NCBI GenBank assembly: GCA_038200085.1
Contig: JBBPYG010000050.1
Coordinates: 1-60,426 of the forward strand
Source of the DNA: Candidatus Limnocylindria bacterium
GTDB taxonomy: Bacteria; Chloroflexota; Limnocylindria; P2-11E
DNA: 60,426 nt
Direction: 5' to 3'
Position 1 is the first letter of the stretch; the number at the start of each line of letters is the position of its first letter. Under the pieces are notes generated by a model. It was given only the letters and a program-made list of their open reading frames with translations. It was not told the origin of the DNA and did not search any database. Both the position numbers and the translations under genes were made by a program. Shown piece by piece: positions 29,378 through 38,085 of the stretch.

Positions 29378-29911
29378 TCAGGAAGCGGCGGCGGAGTCTT
29401 CGACGCCGAGGAACTTGAACCACGTCCGTTCCCCGGCGCGGATGTACGAGGAAAAGAGGTAGCTCGGGATCGACGGCGGCCGGAACGGCGCCCGGAGCGG
29501 CGTCATGTGCGCCTCCGCGATCGTCCTGCCGCCTTTGCGGTGGTTGCACGACCGGCACGCGGCGACGACGTTCTCCCACGTGTGCTGGCCGCCCCGGTGA
29601 CGGGGGATCACGTGGTCGAGCGTCAGGTCGTGCCCGCGCCTGCCGCAGTACTGGCAGGTGTGGTCGTCGCGCAGCAGGACCTCCTTGCGCGACATCTTCA
29701 CCACGGGCCGCGGCCGCTTGATGTGATAGGCGAGCCGGATCACCGACGGCGAGGGGAATGAGGCACGCTCGCTGGTCACGACGTGCCCGTTCTGCTCGAG
29801 CACGACCGCTTTCTGCTTGGAGAGGAGCACGACGGCCCGCCGGACGTTGCAGACGTTCAGCGGCTGGTAATCGAGGTTGAGCACCAGCACATTCGCGTCG
29901 ACCACTCCCAT
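29378..29911 (-). CDS. HNH endonuclease family protein
   Basis: From MGVVDANVLVLNLDYQPL in track ORF 29378..30340. HNH core CQYCGRRGHDLTLDHVIPRHRGGQHTWENVVAACRSCNHRKG. Confidence 0.8.
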   Translation of the reverse strand: MGVVDANVLVLNLDYQPLNVCNVRRAVVLLSKQKAVVLEQNGHVVTSERASFPSPSVIRLAYHIKRPRPVVKMSRKEVLLRDDHTCQYCGRRGHDLTLDHVIPRHRGGQHTWENVVAACRSCNHRKGGRTIAEAHMTPLRAPFRPPSIPSYLFSSYIRAGERTWFKFLGVEDSAAAS

Positions 29912-30104
29912 GCCACGATTGTAGTGACGGACACCCCGCCCTTCGGAGCCCGGCTCGCGCGCGGACCGCGTGGAGGGACCAGTGGTCCCGGGCTGACGTC
30001 TTGTTCCCTGCCTCGATCGGTCAGTGGCCGCGCTGGCGCCGATGCGGAATACCACGCCGGCCAGGAACAAAGGCGCTAAGGCAAAGAGGTACGATTGCCG
30101 TGAA

Positions 30105-30989
30105 ATGGCCGCCACGGGCACGCTCACGCTGAAGTCGGGCCTCGCCCAGATGCTCAAGGGCGGGGTCATCATGGACGTCGTCACCGCCGACCAGGCGAAG
30201 ATCGCCGAAGAGGCCGGCGCCGTCGCGGTCATGGCCCTCGAGCGCGTACCGTCCGACATCCGCGCCGCGGGCGGCGTGGCTCGCATGAGCGACCCCGAGG
30301 TGATCCTCGGGATCATCGAGGCGGTCAGCATCCCGGTCATGGCGAAGTGCCGGATCGGCCACTTCGTCGAGGCGCAGGTGCTCCAGGCGCTGGGCGTCGA
30401 CTACATCGACGAGAGCGAGGTACTGACCCCGGCCGACGAGGCCCACCACGTCGACAAGCACGGGTTCACCGTGCCGTTCGTCTGCGGCGCGCGCGACCTC
30501 GGCGAGGCGCTGCGGCGCCTGAGCGAGGGCGCGGCGATGATCCGCACCAAGGGCGAGGCCGGCACGGGGAACATCGTGGAGGCCGTCCGCCACATGCGCG
30601 CGATGCGGTCCGAGATCCGCAAGCTGTCGTCGATGAGCGAGGACGAGCTCTATTCCGAGGCGAAGACGCTGGGCGCGCCCGTCGAGCTGGTGAAGGAGAT
30701 CGCGCGGAGCGGGCGCCTCCCGGTGGTGAACTTCTCGGCCGGAGGGATCGCCACGCCGGCGGACGCGGCGCTGATGATGCAGCTCGGCGCCGACGGCAAC
30801 TTCGTCGGCTCGGGGATCTTCAAGTCGGAGGATCCGGCGCGGCGCGCGAAGGCGATCGTCGAGGCGACGACGCACTACACCGACGCGAAGCTCATCGCGC
30901 AGGTGTCGCGCGGGCTCGGCGAGGCGATGCGGGGCCTCACGCTCGAGGCGATCCCGGCAGGCGAACGACTTGCCGTCCGCGGTTGGTGA
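30105..30989 (+). CDS. pdxS: Pyridoxal 5'-phosphate synthase lyase subunit
   Basis: [15 protein letters not shown]...[24 protein letters not shown]...[11 protein letters not shown]...[27 protein letters not shown], ending ...ERLAVRGW. Confidence 0.92.
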   Translation: MAATGTLTLKSGLAQMLKGGVIMDVVTADQAKIAEEAGAVAVMALERVPSDIRAAGGVARMSDPEVILGIIEAVSIPVMAKCRIGHFVEAQVLQALGVDYIDESEVLTPADEAHHVDKHGFTVPFVCGARDLGEALRRLSEGAAMIRTKGEAGTGNIVEAVRHMRAMRSEIRKLSSMSEDELYSEAKTLGAPVELVKEIARSGRLPVVNFSAGGIATPADAALMMQLGADGNFVGSGIFKSEDPARRAKAIVEATTHYTDAKLIAQVSRGLGEAMRGLTLEAIPAGERLAVRGW

Positions 30990-31578
30990 CGCTCCTGCGC
31001 TGACCGTACGCGCGGGCGTTCTCGGCCTCCAGGGCGACTTCCGCGAGCACCTCGAGACGTTCCGCGGGCTCGGCATCGACGCCCTCGACGTGCGGCGCCC
31101 CGAGCAGCTCGATGAGGTCGAGGCGCTCGTCATCCCCGGCGGAGAGAGCACGACCATCGGAAAGCTCGCCGAGCACTACGGGTTCATCCCGAAGCTCCGC
31201 CAGCGCGTCGACGAGGGAATGTCCGTCTGGGGCACGTGCGCGGGCGCGATCTTCCTCGCGAAGGACGTTCCGGGTCACCCGCACCCGCTCGCCGGCCTCA
31301 TGGACATGACAGTCGAGCGGAACGCGTTCGGCCGGCAGGTCGACTCTTTCGAGGCGGACCTCGCGGTGCCCCGGCTCGGGGCGGTCCCGTTCCACGCCGT
31401 GTTCATCCGCGCGCCGCGCATCTCCGCGGTGGCCGGCGGGGTCGAGGTGCTCTCGCGCCTCGATGACGGCACGATCGTCGCGGCCGCGCAGCGGCGTCTG
31501 CTCGCCACGTCGTTCCATCCCGAGCTGACCGGCGATCGCCGCTTCCACGAGTTCTTCCTTCGACTGGGGCGTACGTGA
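30970..31578 (+). CDS. pdxT: Pyridoxal 5'-phosphate synthase glutaminase subunit
   Basis: [30 protein letters not shown] (catalytic Cys) and FHPEL are present. It has a TTG start and overlaps the pdxS end. Confidence 0.88.
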   Translation: MPSAVGDAPALTVRAGVLGLQGDFREHLETFRGLGIDALDVRRPEQLDEVEALVIPGGESTTIGKLAEHYGFIPKLRQRVDEGMSVWGTCAGAIFLAKDVPGHPHPLAGLMDMTVERNAFGRQVDSFEADLAVPRLGAVPFHAVFIRAPRISAVAGGVEVLSRLDDGTIVAAAQRRLLATSFHPELTGDRRFHEFFLRLGRT

Positions 31579-31756
31579 TCGGCAGGGGAAGAGCCTTGCC
31601 GTTTCATCGGTTCAGCACCGCCCATCGCTGCGGCGGCTTCGTGCACGCGCCCGGTCTTGCATCCCGGTGGATGCACTACCTCACGTTCTCCTCGCCCTCG
31701 TGGCTTGGGCGGCCTGAGCCGCGGATCGGCGACCGCATTTCCGGGACACGCCGCTG

Positions 31757-32752
31757 ATGTCCGGCGTACGGGCGGCCACGCCGATCGACATCCGCCGCGT
31801 CGGCGGCTTCCTCGACGAGGCGCTGCGCTCGCGTGACGCGATCATCGGCTCGACGCTGCCGACCCCCCTCGCCGCGGGGGCGATCGCCGGGCCGCTGCAC
31901 CTCGTGCCGGGGCTGCTCGGCCTGCGGCGCCGCCTGCGCGTGTACGTCGAGGAGCAGGCGGACCGCGTCCGCAGCGCCGCGCTCGTCTACGAGGGGCGGC
32001 GCGCCGAGTGGGTCGTGATCGTGCTCGCGGCGCACGACGAGCCAGGCGGGCCCGACGGCGCGTTCAGGCTGCTGTCGTCGCTGGCGGCGGCCGCCGCGCG
32101 CCGCGGCATGCATCGCCTGTACGCGACGGTCCCCGACGGCGAGTCCGGCGCGTCGCGCACGCGCGAGACGTTCTTCCAGGCGGGCTTCTACTCGTACACG
32201 CGCGAGACCTGGTACATCGGTGCGCGGCTCGACGGTGACGCCGCGCCGTCATCGGCCCGTCCGGCGACCGGGAGCGACGCGCACGACCTCTTCCGCTTCT
32301 ACGCCGGAACGACGCCGCACGCGGTGCAGCGCGCCGAGCAGCTCGCGGTCGAGGACTTCGACGTCCGCCGGCGCGCGGGGGCGTTCGACCCGCCGCACCT
32401 CGTCGGGGGAAATCCGCTCGCGATGCGCCGCCACATGACCATGATCGATGGCGACGAGCTGCGGACGCGGGCGTTCGCGGTGAGCTTCCGCGGAAGCGAT
32501 CACCACCCGCACGTGTGCAAGGTGCGCACGGAAGCCGGCGACGTCGACCTCGCGCGGCACCTCGTCCGCGCGACCACGCACGGTCTCCCGCCGAACCGTC
32601 CCGTCGCCGCGCCGGTGCGGTCATACGAGGAGCACGTCGCGCGGGCGCTGCTCGCCGAGGGTTTCGAGGAGGCGGCGACGGCTATGCTCTTCGTCAAAGA
32701 GCTCGCCGTCCGGATCGAGGAGCCCATGCTCGCTCCGGCGGTGGTGAGATGA
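31757..32752 (+). CDS. Hypothetical protein, possibly a tandem GNAT-like acetyltransferase fold
   Basis: 331-aa ORF. RLLSSLAAAAARRGMHRLYATVP...FFQAGFYSY resembles a GNAT beta4-alpha3 region. The assignment is weak. Confidence 0.35.
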   Translation: MSGVRAATPIDIRRVGGFLDEALRSRDAIIGSTLPTPLAAGAIAGPLHLVPGLLGLRRRLRVYVEEQADRVRSAALVYEGRRAEWVVIVLAAHDEPGGPDGAFRLLSSLAAAAARRGMHRLYATVPDGESGASRTRETFFQAGFYSYTRETWYIGARLDGDAAPSSARPATGSDAHDLFRFYAGTTPHAVQRAEQLAVEDFDVRRRAGAFDPPHLVGGNPLAMRRHMTMIDGDELRTRAFAVSFRGSDHHPHVCKVRTEAGDVDLARHLVRATTHGLPPNRPVAAPVRSYEEHVARALLAEGFEEAATAMLFVKELAVRIEEPMLAPAVVR

Positions 32753-34278
32753 CCGTGGATCAGACGTACGATCAGACCGACGACCTCGACGCGCTGCTCG
32801 GCGCCCTTCCTCCGGACATCGTCCAGCGCGTGCGCGCGCTCGACGGCCTCGATGGACTGCTCGAGATCGTGATGGACCTCGGTCGCCAGCCCGAGGCGCG
32901 GTTCGCCGGGCGCGAGGAGCTGCTCGCACGCCGCGAGGTGAGCGCCGAGGACCTCGCCTACGTCATAGCGCACATCGGCCAGTTCGGCGGCGACAACCGG
33001 GCCGGCATCGAGCGGACGCTGCACCGCATCAGCGCCCTGCGGAACCGCGCGGGGAAGGTCGTCGGAGTGACGCTGCGCGTCGGCCGCGCGGTCTACGGGA
33101 CGATGGAGATCATCCGCGACGTCGTCGAGGCGGGGAAGAGCATCCTGCTCCTCGGGCGCCCCGGCGTAGGGAAGACCACGCTGCTGCGCGAGGTCGCGCG
33201 CGTCCTCGCCGACGACCTCGGCAAGCGCGTCGTCATCGTCGACACCTCGAACGAGATCGCCGGCGACGGCGACATCCCGCATCCCGGCATCGGCCGCGCG
33301 CGGCGGATGCAGGTGGCAACGCCGTCGCTGCAGCACGCGGTCATGATCGAGGCCGTCGAGAACCACATGCCCGAGGTCGTGGTGATCGACGAGATCGGCA
33401 CCGAGCAGGAGGCCGCGGCCGCGCGCACCATCGCCGAGCGCGGCGTGCAGCTGGTCGCGACGGCGCACGGCAACACGCTCGAGAACCTCATGCTCAACCC
33501 CACGCTTTCAGACCTCGTCGGCGGCATCCAGACGGTCACGCTCTCCGACGAGGAGGCGCGCCGCCGCGGGACACAGAAGTCGGTGCTCGAGCGGAAGGCG
33601 CCGCCGACGTTCCATGTCCTGGTCGAGATCCAGGCCTACCAGCGGGTCGCGATCTACCACGACGTCGCGCAGACGGTCGACGCGGTCCTGCTCGGCAGGC
33701 CCGTCTCGCCGCAGATCCGCGAGCGCGTGCCGTCGGGCCAGGTCGAGGTCAGCGCCGCGGCGCAGACGGTCGAGACCGTCGAGCGCCGCGCGCCGTCGCG
33801 CCTCGCCGCGGTGCCGACGGAGCGGGAGTACGTGCGCGTCTATCCGTTCGGCCTCTCTTGGAGCCGTGTGGAGGAGGCCTCGCGGGGCCTCGGGCTGCCG
33901 GTCGCGATCGTGCGCGAGCCGGAGCAGGCGGACGTGGTGCTCACGCTGAAGAACTACTACCGCCGCAAGACGCCGCGGCTGCGCAACGCCGAGTCGGCCG
34001 GGATCCCGATCTACGTCGCGCGCAGCAACTCGTCGTCGCAGATCGCGACGGCGCTGTCGAGCGTGTTCGAGCTGCGGCGCCCGCCCGAGGACCAGGCGCT
34101 CGACGAGGCGCGCGAGGCGATCGACGCCGTCGCCGGAGGACAGAGCGACGAGGTGGAGCTGGCGCCGCAGAACGCGTACGTCCGGCGCATGCAGCACGAG
34201 CTCGTGGAGGACGCGAGCCTCTCGTCGCGCAGCTTCGGCCAGGAGCCGTACCGGCGCGTGCATATCTCCCGCACTTGA
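32749..34278 (+). CDS. AAA-type ATPase with C-terminal R3H domain (SpoIIIAA/Ycf45-like)
   Basis: From MTVDQTYDQ in track ORF 32515..34278. Walker A LLGRPGVGKTTLL, Walker B VVVIDEIG, and a C-terminal YVRRMQHELV...PYRRVHI (R-x3-H). The ATGA overlaps the upstream stop. Confidence 0.75.
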   Translation: MTVDQTYDQTDDLDALLGALPPDIVQRVRALDGLDGLLEIVMDLGRQPEARFAGREELLARREVSAEDLAYVIAHIGQFGGDNRAGIERTLHRISALRNRAGKVVGVTLRVGRAVYGTMEIIRDVVEAGKSILLLGRPGVGKTTLLREVARVLADDLGKRVVIVDTSNEIAGDGDIPHPGIGRARRMQVATPSLQHAVMIEAVENHMPEVVVIDEIGTEQEAAAARTIAERGVQLVATAHGNTLENLMLNPTLSDLVGGIQTVTLSDEEARRRGTQKSVLERKAPPTFHVLVEIQAYQRVAIYHDVAQTVDAVLLGRPVSPQIRERVPSGQVEVSAAAQTVETVERRAPSRLAAVPTEREYVRVYPFGLSWSRVEEASRGLGLPVAIVREPEQADVVLTLKNYYRRKTPRLRNAESAGIPIYVARSNSSSQIATALSSVFELRRPPEDQALDEAREAIDAVAGGQSDEVELAPQNAYVRRMQHELVEDASLSSRSFGQEPYRRVHISRT

Positions 34279-34937
34279 CGAGAGGGCTCTTCGTCTCGCT
34301 CGAAGGCGGAGAGGCGTCCGGAAAATCGCTGCAGGCGCGGGCGCTCGAGCGCTCCCTCCGCGACGCGGGCCACGACGTCGTCATCACGCGCGAGCCCGGC
34401 GGAACCCCGACCGGCGAGCGCGTGCGCGAGATCGTGCTCCACGCGGGTGAGCTGCGGCTGCACCCCCTCGCGCAGGTCCTCCTTTTCAGCGCGGCCCGCG
34501 CGCAGCTCGTGCGCGAGGTCATCGACCCCGCTCTCGCGCGCGGCGCGGCCGTCATCACCGACCGGTTCTACGACTCCACCACCGTGTACCAGGGCCACGG
34601 ACACGGCGTCGACCTCGCCGGCATCGACGCGGTGACGCGCTTCGCCGTCGGCGGCACCCGGCCGGACCGCACGTTCCTGCTCGACATCCCGGTCGAGGTC
34701 GGGCTGCGGCGATCCGCCGAGCGCGCCGCCGGAAGGCGGTGGGACCGCTTCGAGACCGACGACGCCGGCTTCCACCAGCGGCTGCGCGACGGCTACCTGC
34801 GGCTGGCGGCCGCCGAGCCGGGGCGGTTCGTCGTCATCGACGGGGACCGGCCGGCGGACGAGATCGCCGGCCTGATCAGCGGCGAGGTCCTGGCCGTCCT
34901 CGCGCGGCAGCGCGCGTACACTCCCGGCCCGACATGA
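34275..34937 (+). CDS. tmk: Thymidylate kinase
   Basis: LFVSLEGGEASGKS (P-loop), TREPGGT and DRFYDSTTVYQG are present. The TTG start overlaps the upstream stop. Confidence 0.85.
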   Translation: MTRGLFVSLEGGEASGKSLQARALERSLRDAGHDVVITREPGGTPTGERVREIVLHAGELRLHPLAQVLLFSAARAQLVREVIDPALARGAAVITDRFYDSTTVYQGHGHGVDLAGIDAVTRFAVGGTRPDRTFLLDIPVEVGLRRSAERAAGRRWDRFETDDAGFHQRLRDGYLRLAAAEPGRFVVIDGDRPADEIAGLISGEVLAVLARQRAYTPGPT

Positions 34938-35263
34938 AGCTGGTGTTCGCGATCGTCCACTCGGAGGACGCCGGCTCGCTCGTGGACGCCCTCACCGACA
35001 AGGAGTACCGCGTGACGCGCCTTCACTCCACGGGCGGGTTCCTGAAGCAGAACCACGCGACCGTGCTCGTGGGAGTGGAAGAGTCCCAGGTCGACGAGGT
35101 GCTCGGCGTCATCCGCGACACGTGCCATTCCCGAAGCCAGTACATCAACCCGATGCCGCCGATAATGGAGCCGGGGGAGTTCTACATGCCCTACCCGGTG
35201 GAGGTGACCTTCGGCGGCGCGACGGTCTTCGTCCTCGACGTGGACCGCTACGAGCGGCTCTAG
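34934..35263 (+). CDS. darA: Cyclic-di-AMP receptor, PII-like (DarA/YaaQ, DUF970)
   Basis: MKLVFAIVHSEDAGSLVDALTDKEYRVTRLHSTGGFLKQNHATVLVGVEESQVDEVLGVI matches the YaaQ family. It sits directly after tmk, as in Bacillus. Confidence 0.8.
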   Translation: MKLVFAIVHSEDAGSLVDALTDKEYRVTRLHSTGGFLKQNHATVLVGVEESQVDEVLGVIRDTCHSRSQYINPMPPIMEPGEFYMPYPVEVTFGGATVFVLDVDRYERL

Positions 35264-35426
35264 CCGCCCCGCAGCGCTCCTTTTTGGTCCTTTGCCCGGC
35301 CGCGCTGCGGACGTCCTGCCCCCGGCTTGACATGTACGTTTCGTGACACACACACTTGCCGTCAAGGGCGGGGAGCGCAGGCAGGCCCGGCGATCCGTGC
35401 AAAGTGTGGGAAGGAACCGTACAAAC

Positions 35427-36818
35427 GTGTCGCAGAAGACGATCATCGTCGCCGACGACGATTCCTCGATCCGCTCGCTGCTCCGGCAGCTGCTGTCGGA
35501 CGAGGGCTTCAGCGTGCTGGAAGCGTCCACCGGCGTCGAGGTCGTCGAGAAGGTGAAGGCGTCGAGCCCCAACCTGGTGATCATGGACGTGCGGATGCCC
35601 GAGCTCGACGGCATCGAGGCGCTGTCGCGCCTGAAGGCGAGCTCCCCCGCGACGGCCGTGCTGATCATGACGGCCTTCGGCAGCTCGAACGCCGCGATCC
35701 GGGCGATGGAGCTCGGGGCATTCGACTACATCACCAAGCCGTTCGAGCTCGACAAGATCTCGCACACCGTTCGCCGGGTGCTCCAGTACCAGGACCTGAC
35801 CGCCGAGGTCGAGGTGCTGCGCGACGAGATCAGCTCGCTCGTGCAGACGGAGCGGATCGTCGGCAACTCGCCCGCGATGCAGGAGGTCTACAAGACCATC
35901 GGCAAGGTCGCGAAGGCCGACGCGACGGTCCTGATCACCGGTGAGAGCGGCACGGGCAAGGAGCTCGTCGCCGAGGCGCTCCACTACAACTCGAACCGCA
36001 GGTCAGGCCCGATGGTGAAGGTGTCCTGCGCGGCGCTCCCCGAGACCCTCCTCGAGGCGGAGCTGTTCGGCCACGAGAAGGGGTCGTTCACCGGGGCGAT
36101 GACGCAGCGCCGCGGGCGCTTCGAGCTGGCTGACAAGGGGACGATCTTCCTCGACGAGATCGCCGAGATGAGCGTCGCGACGCAGACCAAGCTGCTGCGC
36201 GTGCTCCAGGAGCGCAAGATCGAGCGCATCGGCTCGTCGCTCGCGATCAAGGTCGACATCCGCATCGTGTGCGCGACGAACAAGGAGCTCGGCAAGCTCG
36301 TCGAGCAGCACAAGTTCCGCGACGACCTCTTCTACCGGCTCAACGTGATCAACATCCACATGCCGCCGCTGCGCGAGCGCAAAGAGGACATCCCCGCGCT
36401 GGTGGAGCACTTCCTCGCGAAGCACCGCTACAGCGCGACCGCGCAACCCGCGGCGATCAGCGAGGAGGCGCTCCGCCGCCTGATGGAGTACGACTGGCCC
36501 GGCAACGTCCGCGAGCTCGAGAACGTGGTCGAGCGCGCCGTCGTCCTGTCGCGGGGCCAGATCATCACGAGCCGCGAGCTGCCGTTCGGGGACCACGAGG
36601 GCGCCGACCACGAGGACGAGGGCGAGGACGTCGGCGGAGACCGGTCGTTCTTCAAGAAGTCGGTCGCGCAGTTCGAGAAGGACCTCATCATGAAGGCGCT
36701 TTGGGATGCCGGCGGCAACCGGTCGAAGGCAGCGGAAATGCTGGGGATCTACCGGCGCCTCCTGTACGCCAAGATCAAGGAGTACGGACTCGAGGGGTAC
36801 CCTCCCAAGGGCCGTTAG
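35427..36818 (+). CDS. Sigma-54-dependent response regulator (REC + AAA+ + Fis-type HTH, NtrC family)
   Basis: In track ORF 35343..36818. REC domain (IIVADDDSSIR ... VIMDVRMPELDG), Walker A ITGESGTGKE, sigma-54 contact loop GSFTGA, IFLDEI, and a C-terminal NRSKAAEMLGIYRRLLYAKIKEYGL. Confidence 0.88.
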   Translation: MSQKTIIVADDDSSIRSLLRQLLSDEGFSVLEASTGVEVVEKVKASSPNLVIMDVRMPELDGIEALSRLKASSPATAVLIMTAFGSSNAAIRAMELGAFDYITKPFELDKISHTVRRVLQYQDLTAEVEVLRDEISSLVQTERIVGNSPAMQEVYKTIGKVAKADATVLITGESGTGKELVAEALHYNSNRRSGPMVKVSCAALPETLLEAELFGHEKGSFTGAMTQRRGRFELADKGTIFLDEIAEMSVATQTKLLRVLQERKIERIGSSLAIKVDIRIVCATNKELGKLVEQHKFRDDLFYRLNVINIHMPPLRERKEDIPALVEHFLAKHRYSATAQPAAISEEALRRLMEYDWPGNVRELENVVERAVVLSRGQIITSRELPFGDHEGADHEDEGEDVGGDRSFFKKSVAQFEKDLIMKALWDAGGNRSKAAEMLGIYRRLLYAKIKEYGLEGYPPKGR

Positions 36819-36858
36819 GCTCGCGGTCTCATTATTTCTGCCACGGAGGTCAGGCTCG

Positions 36859-37110
36859 ATGTTCGGACACATCAACACCGCGCTCCGGTTCTTCCTCATC
36901 GGTCTCGCCGCGGGCGTGCTTGTCGCGCCGCGCGCGGGCCTCGACACACGGGCGATGATCCGGAGGCGCCTGGAGTCCATCGCGAACGACGTGCTCGGCA
37001 TCGCCGGAATGTCGCCGATCCAGACCGGCGGCGCCGCTGCCGGCGGGGAGCGTCGCCGCGGCCGCGGCCGGCGCAGCGGGGATGCGGGTGCCGACAGCGC
37101 CGCGACGTAG
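36859..37110 (+). CDS. YtxH-like small membrane/stress protein
   Basis: The ATG is preceded by GGAGG. FFLIGLAAGVLVAPRAGLDTRAMIRRRL is the YtxH signature pattern. Confidence 0.55.
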   Translation: MFGHINTALRFFLIGLAAGVLVAPRAGLDTRAMIRRRLESIANDVLGIAGMSPIQTGGAAAGGERRRGRGRRSGDAGADSAAT

Positions 37111-37348
37111 GGCAGGGCCAGCTGGCGTCGTCCGCCTGCTCGAGGCGACCGGCTCGTCGCCGCGCGGTTGGGAGGCCGCCGTCGCCGTGGCGGTCAGGTC
37201 GGTCCGGGAGGAGGCACCCGCGCCGCTCGGGGTCGAGGTCTCGCGCCTCTGGGCCGACCTCGACGGCGCGAAGCTCGCCCGCTTCCACGCATCGGTGAAG
37301 ATCGCCTACCGGCAGCAGCTCGGGAAAGTGCGCGCCTCTGCGAAGTAG
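37082..37348 (+). CDS. Dodecin-like small protein
   Basis: VVRLLEATGSSPRGWEAAVAVAVRSVREE...ARFHASVKIAY resembles the dodecin core (ELxGxS...W..A...A). The start is uncertain. Confidence 0.45.
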   Translation: MRVPTAPRRRAGPAGVVRLLEATGSSPRGWEAAVAVAVRSVREEAPAPLGVEVSRLWADLDGAKLARFHASVKIAYRQQLGKVRASAK

Positions 37349-37386
37349 GGCGGTCTTGGCACGCCGTCCGTCACCTGTTCGGCTTG

Positions 37387-37416
37387 TTGACACGCGCGCC
37401 GACCAGCACGGACAAT
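37387..37416 (+). promoter_or_regulatory. Candidate sigma-70 type promoter for the merR-like gene
   Basis: TTGACA (37387-37392), an 18-nt spacer, then GACAAT (37411-37416), about 45 nt upstream of the ATG at 37459. Confidence 0.3.
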
Positions 37417-37424
37417 CGCGGCTC

Positions 37425-37458
37425 ACGCGGAGCCTGGGGAGACGCGGAGCCTGGGGAG
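37425..37458. repeat. Perfect 17-bp tandem duplication (ACGCGGAGCCTGGGGAG x2) abutting the merR-like start codon
   Basis: Read directly from the sequence: 37425-37441 and 37442-37458 are identical. Each copy carries the GGGGAG SD-like element. Confidence 0.9.
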
Positions 37459-38055
37459 ATGCATGTGATGGCGGAGCTCGAAGGTCGCGACGCGCTCGCT
37501 CAAGTCCTGGTCGCTAATGACGGAGAGGTCATCGCGCGCCTGCGCCTGTCGGCCGCGGAGGCCGCCCGCGTCTGCAACGTGACGCCGCGCCAGCTCATCT
37601 ACTGGACGAGGAAGGGCCTGGTGAAGCCGTCGAACGACGGCGATCACGACTACGACGTCTTCGCGCTGGAAAGGGTGATCCGGATCCGCCAGGCGCTCGA
37701 AAAGGGCTACTCGCTCGAGCGCGCGCACCAGGTGGTGCAGCGCGACCTCGAGTCGATCTCGAGCGAGATCGGCCGCCTCGACGGCCTCGACGGCGACCGC
37801 CTCGAGGAGGAGCTGCGCGCGCGGCTCGAGCGGCTCGAGGAGCGCGTGGGGCGCCTCCGGCGAACGCTCCCCGCGGTGCTGAGCCTCGCGCGGCTGCGTC
37901 GCGCGGTCGCCCGCCTGGCGCGCCTCGAATCGCAGGGCGCGCTCGAGCCGCCGGCCACGGACGTCGAGGCCGCGAAGGCGGTCGCGCTGCGCCTCGGACG
38001 CGCGGTCGAAGAGCTCGAGTCGCTCGTGGGAGAGGTCCAGGCCGCCAGGGCCTAA
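37459..38055 (+). CDS. MerR family transcriptional regulator with long coiled-coil C-terminus
   Basis: In track ORF 37168..38055. LSAAEAARVCNVTPRQLIYWTRKGLV is a MerR HTH. It is followed by heptad-like ELRARLERLEERVGRLRR. Confidence 0.7.
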   Translation: MHVMAELEGRDALAQVLVANDGEVIARLRLSAAEAARVCNVTPRQLIYWTRKGLVKPSNDGDHDYDVFALERVIRIRQALEKGYSLERAHQVVQRDLESISSEIGRLDGLDGDRLEEELRARLERLEERVGRLRRTLPAVLSLARLRRAVARLARLESQGALEPPATDVEAAKAVALRLGRAVEELESLVGEVQAARA

Positions 38056-38085
38056 CAAGCGCGTTCGGTCGATACGCTTCGCCCG

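Noticed and set aside
27385-29418. 677-aa plus-strand ORF and 557-aa minus-strand ORF (27554..29227) over the glycosyltransferase genes
   Set aside because: Both overlap the two GT4 genes that have clear family motifs. Their translations are Arg/Ala/Asp-rich with no domains. They are high-GC artefacts.
37357-37375. TGGCAC at 37357 as a sigma-54 -24 element downstream of the sigma-54 activator gene
   Set aside because: The sequence 5 nt further on is CCGT rather than the TTGC -12 element. Other TGGCAC occurrences I noticed (about 2933 and about 17983) are inside coding regions.
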